DNA of 55,803 bases from Octopus bimaculoides (Eukaryota), in the NCBI RefSeq assembly GCF_001194135.2, contig NC_068988.1, positions 69,487,600 through 69,543,402 on the forward strand. Reading direction: 5' to 3'. How positions within the stretch are numbered: the stretch's first letter is position 1; every line of letters begins with the position of its first letter. This document shows, in pieces, positions 23,979-35,014 of this stretch. A model generated the notes under the pieces. That model saw nothing but the letters and a program-made list of their open reading frames with translations, made no database searches and had not been told where the DNA came from. Both the position numbers and the translations under genes were made by a program.

Positions 23979-24728
23979 GTTTCAAATTTTGGCACAAGAC
24001 CACCAATTTTGGGGAGGGAGAAAGTCAATTACATTGACCCCAGTGCTCAACTGGTACATACTTTATTGACCCGAAAGGATGAAAGGAAAATTTGACCTCA
24101 GCAGAATTTAAACTCACAATGTAAAGACAGATGAAATGCTACTGAGAATTATGCCCAGGATGCTAATAATTTTGCCTGCTTACTGCCTTAATAATAATAA
24201 TAATAATGTTCCAAATTTTGGCACAAAGCCAGCAGCTTTGAAAAAGAGGCTGAGTCAATTAAATTGACCCCATTGTTCAAAATAATAATAATACTTTCTA
24301 TTATAGGCACAAGGCCTGAAATTTTGAGAGGTAGAACAAGTTGATTGCATCAACCCAAGTGCTCAAGTGGTACTTATTTCATCAACCCTGAAAGGATGAA
24401 AGGCAAAGTCAACCTCAGTGGAATTCAAACTCAGAACATAAGGACAAACAAAATGCCGTGAAGCATTTTGCCCAACATGGTAATGATTCTGCCAACTTGC
24501 TGCCTTATCAATAATAATAATAATGATTTCAAATTTTGGTACAAAGCCGATGGAGGGGGAAGTCGATTACATCAACCCTAGTATTCAACTGAACTTATTT
24601 TATTGACCCCGAAATTAGGAAAGCCAAAGTTGACCTCAACAGAATTTGAACTCAGAATGTAAAGATAGACGAGATGTTGCTAAGCATTTTGCCCAGCATG
24701 TTAATGACTCTGCCAGCTCACCAATTTA
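23735..24728 (-). mobile_element. Head-to-tail array of five SINE family C copies separated by (AAT)n
   Basis: Copies at about 23735-23948 (tail X), 23978-24190 (Y), 24208-24280 (Y, partial), 24293-24508 (X) and 24524-24728 (Y), all on the minus strand. Confidence 0.85.
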
Positions 24729-24837
24729 AGATTGATAATTATAATGATGATGACAATGATGGAAATTATTAAATTTAATAAATCTCTTCTTTCTTTAATA
24801 TATGATTTAACAGCATCTGAGCTCTTTCACGCAGTAT

Positions 24838-25222
24838 TGTTGTTGGCACTCCGTCGCTTACGACGTCGAGGATTCCAGTTGATCCGATCAACGGAACAGC
24901 CTGCTTGTGAAATTAACGTGCAAGTGGCTGAGCACTCCATGGACACGTGTACCCTTAACGTAGTTCTCGGGGATATTCAGCGTGACACAGTGTGACAAGG
25001 CTGACCCTTTTAATTACAGGCACAACAGAAACAGGAAGTAAGAATGAGAGAAAGTTGTGGTGGAAGAGTACAGCAGGGTTCGCCACCATCCCCCGCCAGA
25101 GCTTCGTGGAGCTTTAGGTGTTTTTGCTCAATAAACACTCACAACGCCCGGTCTGGGAATCGAAACCTCAATCCTATGACCGCAAGTCCGCTGCCCTAAC
25201 CACTGGGCCATTGCACCTCCAC
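24838..25222 (-). mobile_element. tRNA-derived SINE family A, full length
   Basis: A and B boxes on the minus strand; TSD cacgcagtat / cacacagtat (9/10). Confidence 0.92.
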
Positions 25223-25300
25223 CACACAGTATAAACCTCCTTTAATTTTACAGAACTCAAGTTGGAAGTTTACTGCAAGGAAACTACTACCATTTGGAGG

Positions 25301-25349
<49 letters not shown>

Positions 25350-26344
25350 GAAAACTATTCAGTGCCATGTCTTACAACTAATTCTGTTTTTGATCCTCAT
25401 CTTAAGTACATTTACATTCCTAGACTGATTTGACACTATTGTTGTGTGTTACTCATAAGGAAGATTGTAGTGGAAGCAGATTGAGATGTAACATCAGGAT
25501 TCTCTATTAAATATATATTTATTGTTTCTGTAAATGGAATGCTAAACATCCAGCCATGGCTGGATGTGAACTTGGATACAATACATCAAGGTATTTATTT
25601 ATGACATGATCAGTTTGTTTTTCTAATGAGGTAAACTTTACACAATCATCTGATTTGTTAGAAATATAGACAGATCTCCTTCAAATTGCATTCTACTTTT
25701 TCCCATAAAATATACATTGAACAATGTATTTCCATATGTACAACATATAGGATGGTCATGGTTAGAATGGCTTTTATCATAGTTTAGCCAAATATGAAGA
25801 TTGTCTCTAAGATAACTGTTTTTCTCTACAATATATTTCTCTTACAATGACACATTTTAGCACTTGAGACATTAGGTCTTTCCTTGAGTACATTTGGGAC
25901 AATGATTCCAAATATACAATCAGTTTTACCTTAGCAGCTCTAGGTTTGGAGATAAAACATAACCCTTTTATATGCTAATGTATCCACTCCTGCACTAAAA
26001 TTAAGGAACTCAGTTACATCATACAATTCAGTGCATAAGTCAGACATATTGTTGGATATATTTTTTAAAAAGAGCAACAGTTGTGCCAAATCATTTCTAA
26101 TTAAATCAATAATTTACTATTTTGATACAAAAATATCGACAGTATTAATTACTCTGATATATTATATGCTACTTCATAGCACTAAATCAGTTTATTTTCA
26201 TCATAAAAACTTTGGAGTTCAATACTGAATAAATTGTAATTGCATCTGAATAAATTGTAATTCAAAAATAAACATAAAACACATAAAAATGATCAAAAGC
26301 ACTCTTTCTAAGGGTAACTTGTATTGAAGTTTATAGACTGAAAT

Positions 26345-26550
26345 CTATCAGAACAGTCCTGCTGAAGGTTCCAGTTGTAATCTACTACTGTACTATGTAT
26401 CCTACCATCACTGGGGCTTTTTCCATTATTTTTTTCTCTTGGATGAAATCTTTCATCTTATTTTTGCTGAAATAAGCAAGCTTTTCTGGAAAGAGATTGG
26501 AGTGTCTGTGGATCTTGATGCTTTTCTTTCAGATTTGGCCTAATTTCTGG
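26345..26550 (-). pseudogene. DNA-transposase C-terminal remnant, probably Chapaev3-type (CMC group)
   Basis: Minus-strand frames give SIKIHRHSNLFPEKLAYFS, ERFH and VVDYNWNLQQD, fitting the S.K.HFLHSHLDFFPENLG.VSDE.GERFHQD..ME.RYQG.W....ADYCW.L.RD pattern I recall for this family; family assignment is from memory. Confidence 0.6.
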
Positions 26551-27324
26551 GACAGCAACCACTATTTATTATTGTTGTTGCAGGAGGAGGATAGAGAGTT
26601 GTCTCCCATCTCTCTCTCTCTCTCTCTACTCTTTTCTAACCATATATATATATAAATATCTTGTATTTATGATCTTAAGAGGATGAGACATATCTATATC
26701 CCAAGATAATCCAACATTTTGTCACACTCCCCATTCTCAGATGATCTGGTAATTATTCCTATCAGTTAATGTATATTAAAGAAATATGGAATTAAGACTT
26801 CTGCATTGATAAGCTACAAAATATTTGCATTAGAATTCAGCTCAGCTCTTTCATTTCCAGTAAACAACCAGCTTTATATTTAATGTATGCACATTCTGAG
26901 CTCCTCCCTACTTCACCACATTCCCATCCATCAGGTAAGAAAAGCCATATTCTTAGTTTCTCTTTTATTTAAACTAAAGTTGACTTTTTTGTTCTTATGT
27001 TTACAGTCCATTTTTAGTATGCTTGCATGAGATTGAATAGAGTCATAGAAAGGCAGAATTTTAAAGCTGGACTCTCATCATGTTGCTAACAGGCAGAAAG
27101 TCCATCTTGCCTGTTTTTTAAGTGAGGGACTTTTAAATTTAATGGTCTTTAAAAGCACAGGGCGATCAGTCATAAGGCAAGCAAGGAATGTTAGCATCAT
27201 CAGCAGTTCACTCAAGTAGTGACAAGCTTGGAACATAAACATTTGAACCTACACATATAACACATGCACACACATGCACACACATACACAGACATCACAC
27301 TTGAATATTCATATTTATTTATTT

Positions 27325-27490
27325 GTTTTTATGTCCATTTTTCCATACTAGCAAATGTTAGTTAAATGTGTCGTTTAGGCACTGTTTTCTAGCTGGATGC
27401 TCTTCTTGTCATCTAACCTTTATTGATTTTTAAGAAAGGGTGAGATTTTTTCAACATGTCTTTGAAAGTGCAATGCCAGCAGATGATTTA
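27325..27490 (-). mobile_element. Family E repeat (RTE-like 3' motif), degenerate
   Basis: ttttctagctggatgctcttcttgtc is the reverse complement of the aagggcatccag motif; similar to 46470-46585 and 50700-50915. Confidence 0.45.
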
Positions 27491-27745
27491 TTGATATGGG
27501 AAATAAGGAAATAACAACATTGTTGCTATTTGTTTAACTTGAAATTTTGAAAATCAAAATTGCTAAACAAAATTTCCAAATAATGTGATAAATTCTTGAA
27601 TTATATTTTTTTGAATGAAACTTTAATGTTAGTTTTTTATTTCATGTCATGAAAGTTTGTTTACTATAAAATCAACGTATCATCATCATCATCATCATCG
27701 TCGTCGTCATCATCATCACCAGCATCATCGTTTAACATTTGTTGT

Positions 27746-27790
<45 letters not shown>

Positions 27791-27992
27791 GAACTTCCTG
27801 CAGTTACTCAAATTTTTTCACATGCCATCAATCAGTTCAAGGGTATTGTAGAAGACCCTAATGCAAGCAGTGGGATTAAGCCCAAGGCCATCTGGTTTTG
27901 AAGCAAACTTCTTAACCACAGCAACCGAGTGTACACCTATGAGTACTAAGAATGATAACTACTTGATGATTACAGTTCTATATTTAAGAGAA

Positions 27993-28563
27993 GAGGAATT
28001 ATTTACATTATTTACATTTGATGGATATTTGTCCTCATCTTGTTTGTTGTTAACACAACGGTTTGGCTGATATACCCTCCAGCCTTCATCAGGTGTCTTG
28101 GGACCTCTCCAAAAAGATACAAAAGATATGCGGCCCATGTGACATCAGGACAGTATTCAAGAATAATACAAACTTCGCAAATATCTCCTTCGGGTAAAAC
28201 CACCAATAGAAGTGAATATGACTAAGAACTGCATGTACTCCATCCTATGCAGCTGTAGAAAGTTATACAAAGGTGAAACATGTCACCCCCTCAAAATAAG
28301 AGTAGAGGAACATCGTAAAGCTATGACATGGGGAGATATTGATAAATCAGGGATAGCTGATCATGTATGGAAAAATGCAGACCACTTCCCCCTGTAGAAT
28401 GAAGTTAAAATAATAGACAGAGAACACCACTGGAAAATACGAAAACTAAACAAAGTCGCACATATGCTAGGACACAACAACCTCTTAAGCAGACTGAGTG
28501 CAGATATGAGTAGCATATGGGAACCGGTATTAAGGAAGGATAGGAAAATATTAGATTTATAAG
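27993..28563. mobile_element. Penelope-like element remnant: inverted terminal piece with hammerhead (27993-28104, -) joined to a GIY-YIG endonuclease fragment (28105-28563, +)
   Basis: LRVKPPIEVNMTKNCMYSILCSCRKLYKGETCHPLKIRVEEHRK..KSGIADHVW..*..IIDREHHWKIRKL is a Penelope-type GIY-YIG domain. Confidence 0.8.
28052..28097 (-). ncRNA. Minimal type I hammerhead ribozyme motif, degenerate (GAAA changed to AAAC)
   Basis: Minus strand GACAC CTGATGA A GGCTG gagggtatat CAGCC AAAC CGTT GTGTT: stem I GACAC/GTGTT, core CUGAUGA, stem II GGCTG/CAGCC. Confidence 0.65.
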
Positions 28564-28649
28564 CCCTAAAATTCATTCCATAATTGCCCACAGGCATATG
28601 GCGTGGGCTACTAACCCCAAGATTCCAAGTTCAATTCCAGTCAGTGACC

Positions 28650-29016
28650 NNNNNNNNNNNNNNNNNNNNNNNNNNNNNNNNNNNNNNNNNNNNNNNNNNN
28701 NNNNNNNNNNNNNNNNNNNNNNNNNNNNNNNNNNNNNNNNNNNNNNNNNNNNNNNNNNNNNNNNNNNNNNNNNNNNNNNNNNNNNNNNNNNNNNNNNNNN
28801 NNNNNNNNNNNNNNNNNNNNNNNNNNNNNNNNNNNNNNNNNNNNNNNNNNNNNNNNNNNNNNNNNNNNNNNNNNNNNNNNNNNNNNNNNNNNNNNNNNNN
28901 NNNNNNNNNNNNNNNNNNNNNNNNNNNNNNNNNNNNNNNNNNNNNNNNNNNNNNNNNNNNNNNNNNNNNNNNNNNNNNNNNNNNNNNNNNNNNNNNNNNN
29001 NNNNNNNNNNNNNNNN
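28650..29016. other. Assembly gap (others at 2409-2418, 4833-4842, 13588-13597, 32751-32918, 34850-34951, 39046-39150, 41801-41810, 52188-52832, 54853-55035)
   Basis: Runs of N, mostly next to microsatellites. Confidence 0.99.
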
Positions 29017-29797
29017 GTTTTTGTTATTTTTTAGCATTTTCCAAATTGACATTTTCCATTTTTTAGCAAATGACCTAAAAATTATTAGAATATACTTAAC
29101 ATCAAAGAGTTAATAACATTGTTTGACTGCTTTCAAAACAGTATTTTACATTTTGTATTTCTCATGAAATTGAATATTATTTCAGTACAGATATAAATTA
29201 GTGTTTAATGTGTAAATACTACTTAAACTGCTGCAATCAAATTAAATATGATATTTGGCAAAATCGCTATCTTAAGTATAAAATGAAATTTTTTAAAAAA
29301 ATGATAAAGATATTTCAAGAATTAAGGTTTCTTTACGGTAATTTATTTGGGAATTTTGCATAGTAATTTTGATTTCAAAATTTAAAGTAAGAAATATTAA
29401 TGTTAAAATATTAATGACACTGACAGATATAATGATGAGTTAATTTTTAAGATGATCATTCTAAATGATTTTAATGGTAGTAAATGATTTTAATGATTTT
29501 AATGGTAGTAAAAAAAAAATTCAATGAAGAATTAAAAATATGTCACAGAATCAGTTCACTCTTTCGCATTCCACCAAGAACATCAAAATTATTGATTTCC
29601 CACATTGACAAGCATCTCAGATTTTGTTGCCGTAGGGAAATGAAATTGTGTGACCTTTCTACATTTATCTAAAGATACATTTATCTAAGTAAGTAATGAG
29701 ATAGAGACTGATTTAAACAAGAAGTAATATGATAACCTGGACTTAATTTACCAGCAGTCTAAAATCTTTGATGCTTGCAGCTATGTATTATCTATCT

Positions 29798-30013
29798 AGA
29801 ATCGTTAGCATGTCAGGCGAAATGCTTAGCAATATTTTGTCTGCCGTTACATTCTGAGTTCAAATTCCACCGAGGTCGACTTTGGCTTTCATTCTTTCGG
29901 GGTCGATTAAATAAGTACCAGTTACGCACTGAGGTCGATGTAATTGACTTAATCCCTTTGTCGGTCCTTGTTTGTCCCCTCTATGTTTAGCCCCTTGTGG
30001 GCAATAAAGAAAT
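29798..30013 (+). mobile_element. SINE family C with tail type Z (…gccccttgtgggcaataaagaaat)
   Basis: Same head and centre as other C copies, different 3' tail shared with 31750-31982. Confidence 0.85.
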
Positions 30014-30105
30014 ATAAAAAGAAATATATCTATCTATCCATCTATCTATCTATCTGTCTGTCTGTCTATCTATCTATCTTTACACACACACACACACATA
30101 TATAT

Positions 30106-30877
30106 GACTTCTGAGAACATGTGTAGGCTTGAAAGAAATGCATAGGCTTGAAAGAAATGAAGCTAGTATGATCGGCTGGATGTGTCATGTCAGTGTGCAT
30201 ACAAGACAGAGTGTAAGCACCCTGAGAGAAGAGTTGGGTATAAAAAGCATTAAATGTGGTGTGCAAGAGAGATGCCTGTGCTAGTATGGTCATGTGTTAC
30301 ATATGGATGTGGATAGCTGTTTGAGGATGTGTAGAAGGAACCTGTGGAAGAGGTGGGCCCAGGAAGACATGGGATGAGGTAGTGAAGCATGACCTTCAAA
30401 CATTGAGCCTCACAGAGGCAATGACAGGAAACAGAGACCTTTGTAGATATGCTGTGATTGAGAAGATCCAACAACTAAAGTGAGATCACAACCATGCATG
30501 TCCAGTCCAGTTAAGAGTACCCCTGATGAGTCAGGTGATATGATATGCTTGAGAAGACCTGTTGTGTCAAGTAAAACCAATATCATAGCCGTGGCCAGTG
30601 CCCCCTGACTGGCTCCCATGCCAGTGGCACATAAAAAGCACTATCTGAACGTGATCAATGCCAAGCACACCTGACTGGCTCCTGTGTCAGTGGCATGTAA
30701 AAAGCACCCACTACACTCTCGGAGTGGTTGGCGTTAGGAAGGGCATCCAGCTGTAGAAACATTGCCAAATCAGAGTGGAGACTGGTGCAGCCACTGGCTC
30801 TCCAGACCTCAGTCAAACCGTCCAACCCATGCCAGCATGGAAAACAGACGTTAAACGATGATGATGATGATGATGAT
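30106..30877 (+). mobile_element. RTE LINE, 5'-truncated: ORF C-terminus, 3' UTR and (GAT)n tail
   Basis: RLERNEASMIGWMC..LREELGI..YGHVLHM..GRGGPRKTWDEVVKHDL..; 3' UTR with ggagtggttggcgttaggaagggcatccagctgtagaaa. Confidence 0.88.
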
Positions 30878-31319
30878 ATATATGTGTGTGTGTGTGTGTG
30901 TGTGAGTGTGTGTGTATAATATATGATAAGAAAAGAAAATAATTTCAGGAAAGCACAAAAATGCAGAGAAAATGTGAAACAAGTAGGTTGAGAGTGATAT
31001 ATAATCATCATCATCATCATCATCATCATAACCAAAAAAAATTGAATAAATTAACATTTGAATATTTTTATATCAGAATCTCAACACTAAAACCTCTAAT
31101 CTTTTATGTGCAATGTTTATGCTTTGAATAATGAAAATTCACTTTTATATTTGATAGCATCTAAATCTTATGCATGTCATAAATATTTTATTGTATAGTT
31201 CTGGAAATATTTTAGTACATCTTATGTGTGTAAATTCTTAGATGATGACATATGAGAATCAAGTAGCTATTATCTTTTGAATAATTATTGAATATTTTAT
31301 AATGTTATCTTACAGAATC

Positions 31320-31600
31320 TTCATTGCTGACACTCTTCTTCAGGTTAAATCTGTGAATAAAAAGTTAATGCCATCTACTAAATTCAAAATGTCAGTGATG
31401 CTGTGGGGCAGGAAGATTACAATGTTTACCTGCCCTACAAAGATATGAATAGTAACGTTACTGGTCTTCTCAGTTGTTCTGTGTGGCTGTGAGGTATGGC
31501 TACAAAATGTTGGACAATACCACAAAACTAGCAGTTTTGATTTGTGGTACTGGTGCCATGTGTTACGATTCCCATGGATGGCCACCTTCTCTAGGATCAA
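31320..31600 (+). mobile_element. Old RTE-clade LINE fragment (post-RT region)
   Basis: TKI*IVTLLVFSVVLCGCEVW..FDLWYWCHVLRFPWMA resembles TKIRIV..LVFSV.LYGCE.W..AFE.WC.RR.LRIPW.A. Confidence 0.6.
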
Positions 31601-31749
31601 CACTTAAGTCCTAGACCAAATAGGCAATCCTTTCAGCCTGCTGACCACAAGGATTTCATATGATATTCTCTGATGGTAAAAAGCAACAATGATCAAATAT
31701 TGACATTTGTGTCTACCATAATGTATCTTAAAAAAGTCATTTCATTTCT

Positions 31750-31982
31750 TATTTTTTTATTGCCCACAAGGGGCTATACACTGAGGGGACAAACAAGGAC
31801 AGACAAACGGATTAAGTCGATTATATCAACCGCAGTGTGTAACTGGTACTTATTTAATCGACCCCGAAAGGATAAAAGGCAAAGTTGACCTCGTCGGAAT
31901 TTGAACTCAAAATGTAGCGGCAGACGAAATACCGCTAAGCATTTTGCCTGGCATGCTAACGTTTCTGCCAGCTCGTCACCTT
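31750..31982 (-). mobile_element. SINE family C with tail type Z, full length
   Basis: Exact 16-bp TSD aagtcatttcatttct at 31734-31749 and 31983-31998; many CpGs retained. Confidence 0.92.
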
Positions 31983-32092
31983 AAGTCATTTCATTTCTAC
32001 TGATTTCTACTGTGTTATTACAGCATCCTTCATCTTCTTCAGCTTGGAAAACATTCAAAAGTCACAGAGAGCACAGTCTGAGCTGTAGGCTG

Positions 32093-32275
32093 GGGTGAAC
32101 GACAGTTTTGATGCCCACCTCTCTCAAATAGTTGGTCACCAGAATGGAATTGTGGACTGGTGCATTGTCCTGGGGCAGATGCTCAGGTCTCTTGAAACCA
32201 GATCTCTTCGTGAAGCCCCTCGAAAAACCTCCACAAAGTACTTTTTGTTGACCATCTGGCTGGACAGAATCCAGA
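32093..32275 (-). pseudogene. Mariner transposase internal fragment
   Basis: QMVNKKYFVEVF and QDNAPVHNSILVTNYLREVGIKTVVH (second catalytic Asp region). Confidence 0.7.
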
Positions 32276-33374
32276 ACTAGCTGATGGCAATATTGTTGAA
32301 ATAAGTGATCAGCATGAGCTTCCCAGTGTACTTGCTTTGCTTGGCCTCTTGTGCCTATGAAAAATAGATGCTCAAATTATACAAGTTAATCCATAAACAA
32401 TGTGGAGCATTTCATAATTTTCTGTAGCATTTTTGCAGTTTGACAAAAAGGTTTTATTACATAGTGAGCTACTAAATTGTCGTCACATCATAATTGCATT
32501 CTGCAACCTACACAGTTGTGATAAGCAATGTTTAGCCGAGTGTGTTCAAAATCTTTTTACAGCTGTCTCCTTCAATCTGGATTCACAAAAGTTACCAGGT
32601 CAGCTTATTAGATGTATAGCAATGGCATACTAGAATTACAATAAATTATGACAGTTAAATGTGTGTGAGTGACTGTGTGTGTGTTTGTGTGTGACATGTT
32701 CTAATAGTTCTGCTGCCAATTCATGGCTCTGTTAGATCATGATGATGATGNNNNNNNNNNNNNNNNNNNNNNNNNNNNNNNNNNNNNNNNNNNNNNNNNN
32801 NNNNNNNNNNNNNNNNNNNNNNNNNNNNNNNNNNNNNNNNNNNNNNNNNNNNNNNNNNNNNNNNNNNNNNNNNNNNNNNNNNNNNNNNNNNNNNNNNNNN
32901 NNNNNNNNNNNNNNNNNNGATTTTATCTGCAAAACAAAAACCTTCACTATATTTTGCAAAGAAATAAATCAATAAAAAATGGGTCTCTATGGAATTTCAT
33001 AAACTTTGTGTTTCTGTTTCAGCAAACCTCACTTTTATACAATGATACCTTTATAAATCTCGATGTACCTCCACTGGAAAATGCTACATATATAGCCTGC
33101 ATATAAAATCCCTTTCGATAAAAAAAGTGTGATATCCCTGACTGATTTAAATTCATCATATTCTGGATGCTGAAGACTGGTAAACCAATATAGTCCTCAT
33201 AGAATAAGAAGCCAGAGTTGTGAGGGACCAAACTTCATGCTGTAAAGATTGAAATCAAACTCTCTAATAATTGTATTTTTATATAAACAAACTAACATTT
33301 GTTTTTATAAACATTGAAATCTATATTGTATGATACAAATATGAAGATATTATTTTCGAATGCTGTATTGCCAA

Positions 33375-33475
33375 TAGAATAGCAGAAATGCTGGTAAAAT
33401 TACCCTTACAAAGCTGTTTGCTGACAAATTTTTCTGCCTTGTACGGGTAATTTTCCCAGTACTTCTGTTGTTCTA
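33375..33475. ncRNA. Candidate pri-miRNA-like hairpin (101 nt, about 38-bp imperfect stem)
   Basis: tagaatagcagaaatgctggtaaaattacccttacaaag pairs with ccttgtacgggtaattttcccagtacttctgttgttcta around a loop of about 23 nt; no TE context seen. Confidence 0.4.
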
Positions 33476-35014
33476 ACTGCAATTTTTTGTTGGAGAAAAA
33501 TATCTTATTTGTATCGTACAATTGTATTTATGTGTCTTAGATCATCAAAAGCCCTTAAATGTGAAAAGAAATTATTTCTTTCATTTCTAGAAACTTAAAA
33601 ATATAAAGGTGAGAAGTGTATGATGTTGAAAGGTCCATAGTATTTCATTCATAATTGTTTGATCAACAAGAGAAGGATGAAAAAAAAGGTAGCACCTGGT
33701 GTTATTTAGCCTGGTGACATTTGCATTTCTGTCATTCCAACATCTTCTCAATAAAATTATGGAACTCAGATGTTAAAAAATGCATGTTACTAGAAGTGTT
33801 TGTGAAGAGAAACAGGCAACAATGAAATTACTGACAGTCAGACAGATAGGCAAGTATGTAGGAACATATGCAGATATGTAGACAGAGAGGCATACAGACA
33901 GACTGATAGAGAGATAGGTTGGAAGGTTGGTAAGAAGGTAGACAGATGCATATGTGTGTAGTGTGTGTGAGGATGGGGTGTGTGCACGTGTGTACAGACA
34001 CACATATACAGAACGTCAAACTGACAGACTGACAGAGAAATATATTGAAATATGTTTAGGAGTGTTCAGAGAAGTAAAGAGAAACATAAAAAGAGAAGCA
34101 TAATAAAAAGTTTTCAAAATAGATTAATATTAAAAATTATAAACACTAAACACACCAAAGAAAAAATCCTACATAATATGAATATTAGAAAAAAATTATG
34201 ATTTATTTATGAAAGTTGTAGAAAAATAACCATAACAACAGTATAGTGAGTCTTGAGACTTCGTAAACCATTTAGAATTAATGATGATATTTTAAATGTT
34301 AATGGATTTTTTTATTTTTTTCATTTAAAACAAAATCAAATTGTATAAATTGCTGTTTGTTTCTGTGTGCTTTACACAATTTCCCTCAATTTTTATTTCA
34401 ACAGATAATTATGGTGGAGAAGTGAAAATGAAGCCAAGTATATTCCTTACTATTCCATGTTTCTCAGTTCAAAATTCCACTGAGCATTTAATTGTAGTTA
34501 CACTACATTGATGACACAATAACAAATACAATTACAGACAGATACTAATTGCATTCTATGTACTTTACTATGCACACAAATTAATGGACGTTGAAGAGAA
34601 AACAAACAAAGCATTGTAAACAACAATACTACTATACATATATATGAACACACAAATATATAAATATATATTTATGTATGTGTGTGCGTGTGTGTGCACA
34701 TGTATGTGCTTCTTGTGGCTATGAGCACTTTTGTTCTTAGTTCTAGCAATGTAGGTGCTACACTGTTAGTCACAATTAGTAGTTACAACTGTATATTTCC
34801 TTTTTGGTTTTATATTACATATACCCACCTTCATTATTCTATATACATANNNNNNNNNNNNNNNNNNNNNNNNNNNNNNNNNNNNNNNNNNNNNNNNNNN
34901 NNNNNNNNNNNNNNNNNNNNNNNNNNNNNNNNNNNNNNNNNNNNNNNNNNNACACACACATATATCCATATATATATTTGTGTGTCTCTATATATATGTG
35001 TATGTGTGTATACA

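Noticed and set aside
23735-24728. Repeat-spacer appearance suggestive of a CRISPR array
   Set aside because: Units are ~200-bp diverged SINE copies separated by (AAT)n; the context is eukaryotic and there are no cas genes. The 17-bp repeat at 40307 has no spacers.
30523-30560. CTGATGAG motif inside the RTE 3' UTR
   Set aside because: No stem II followed by GAAA, and no stem I partner.
33023-33240. Exon-like segment with AG/GT signals on both strands
   Set aside because: Every frame on both strands has a stop inside the putative exon or immediately after the acceptor, and no homology is recognised.
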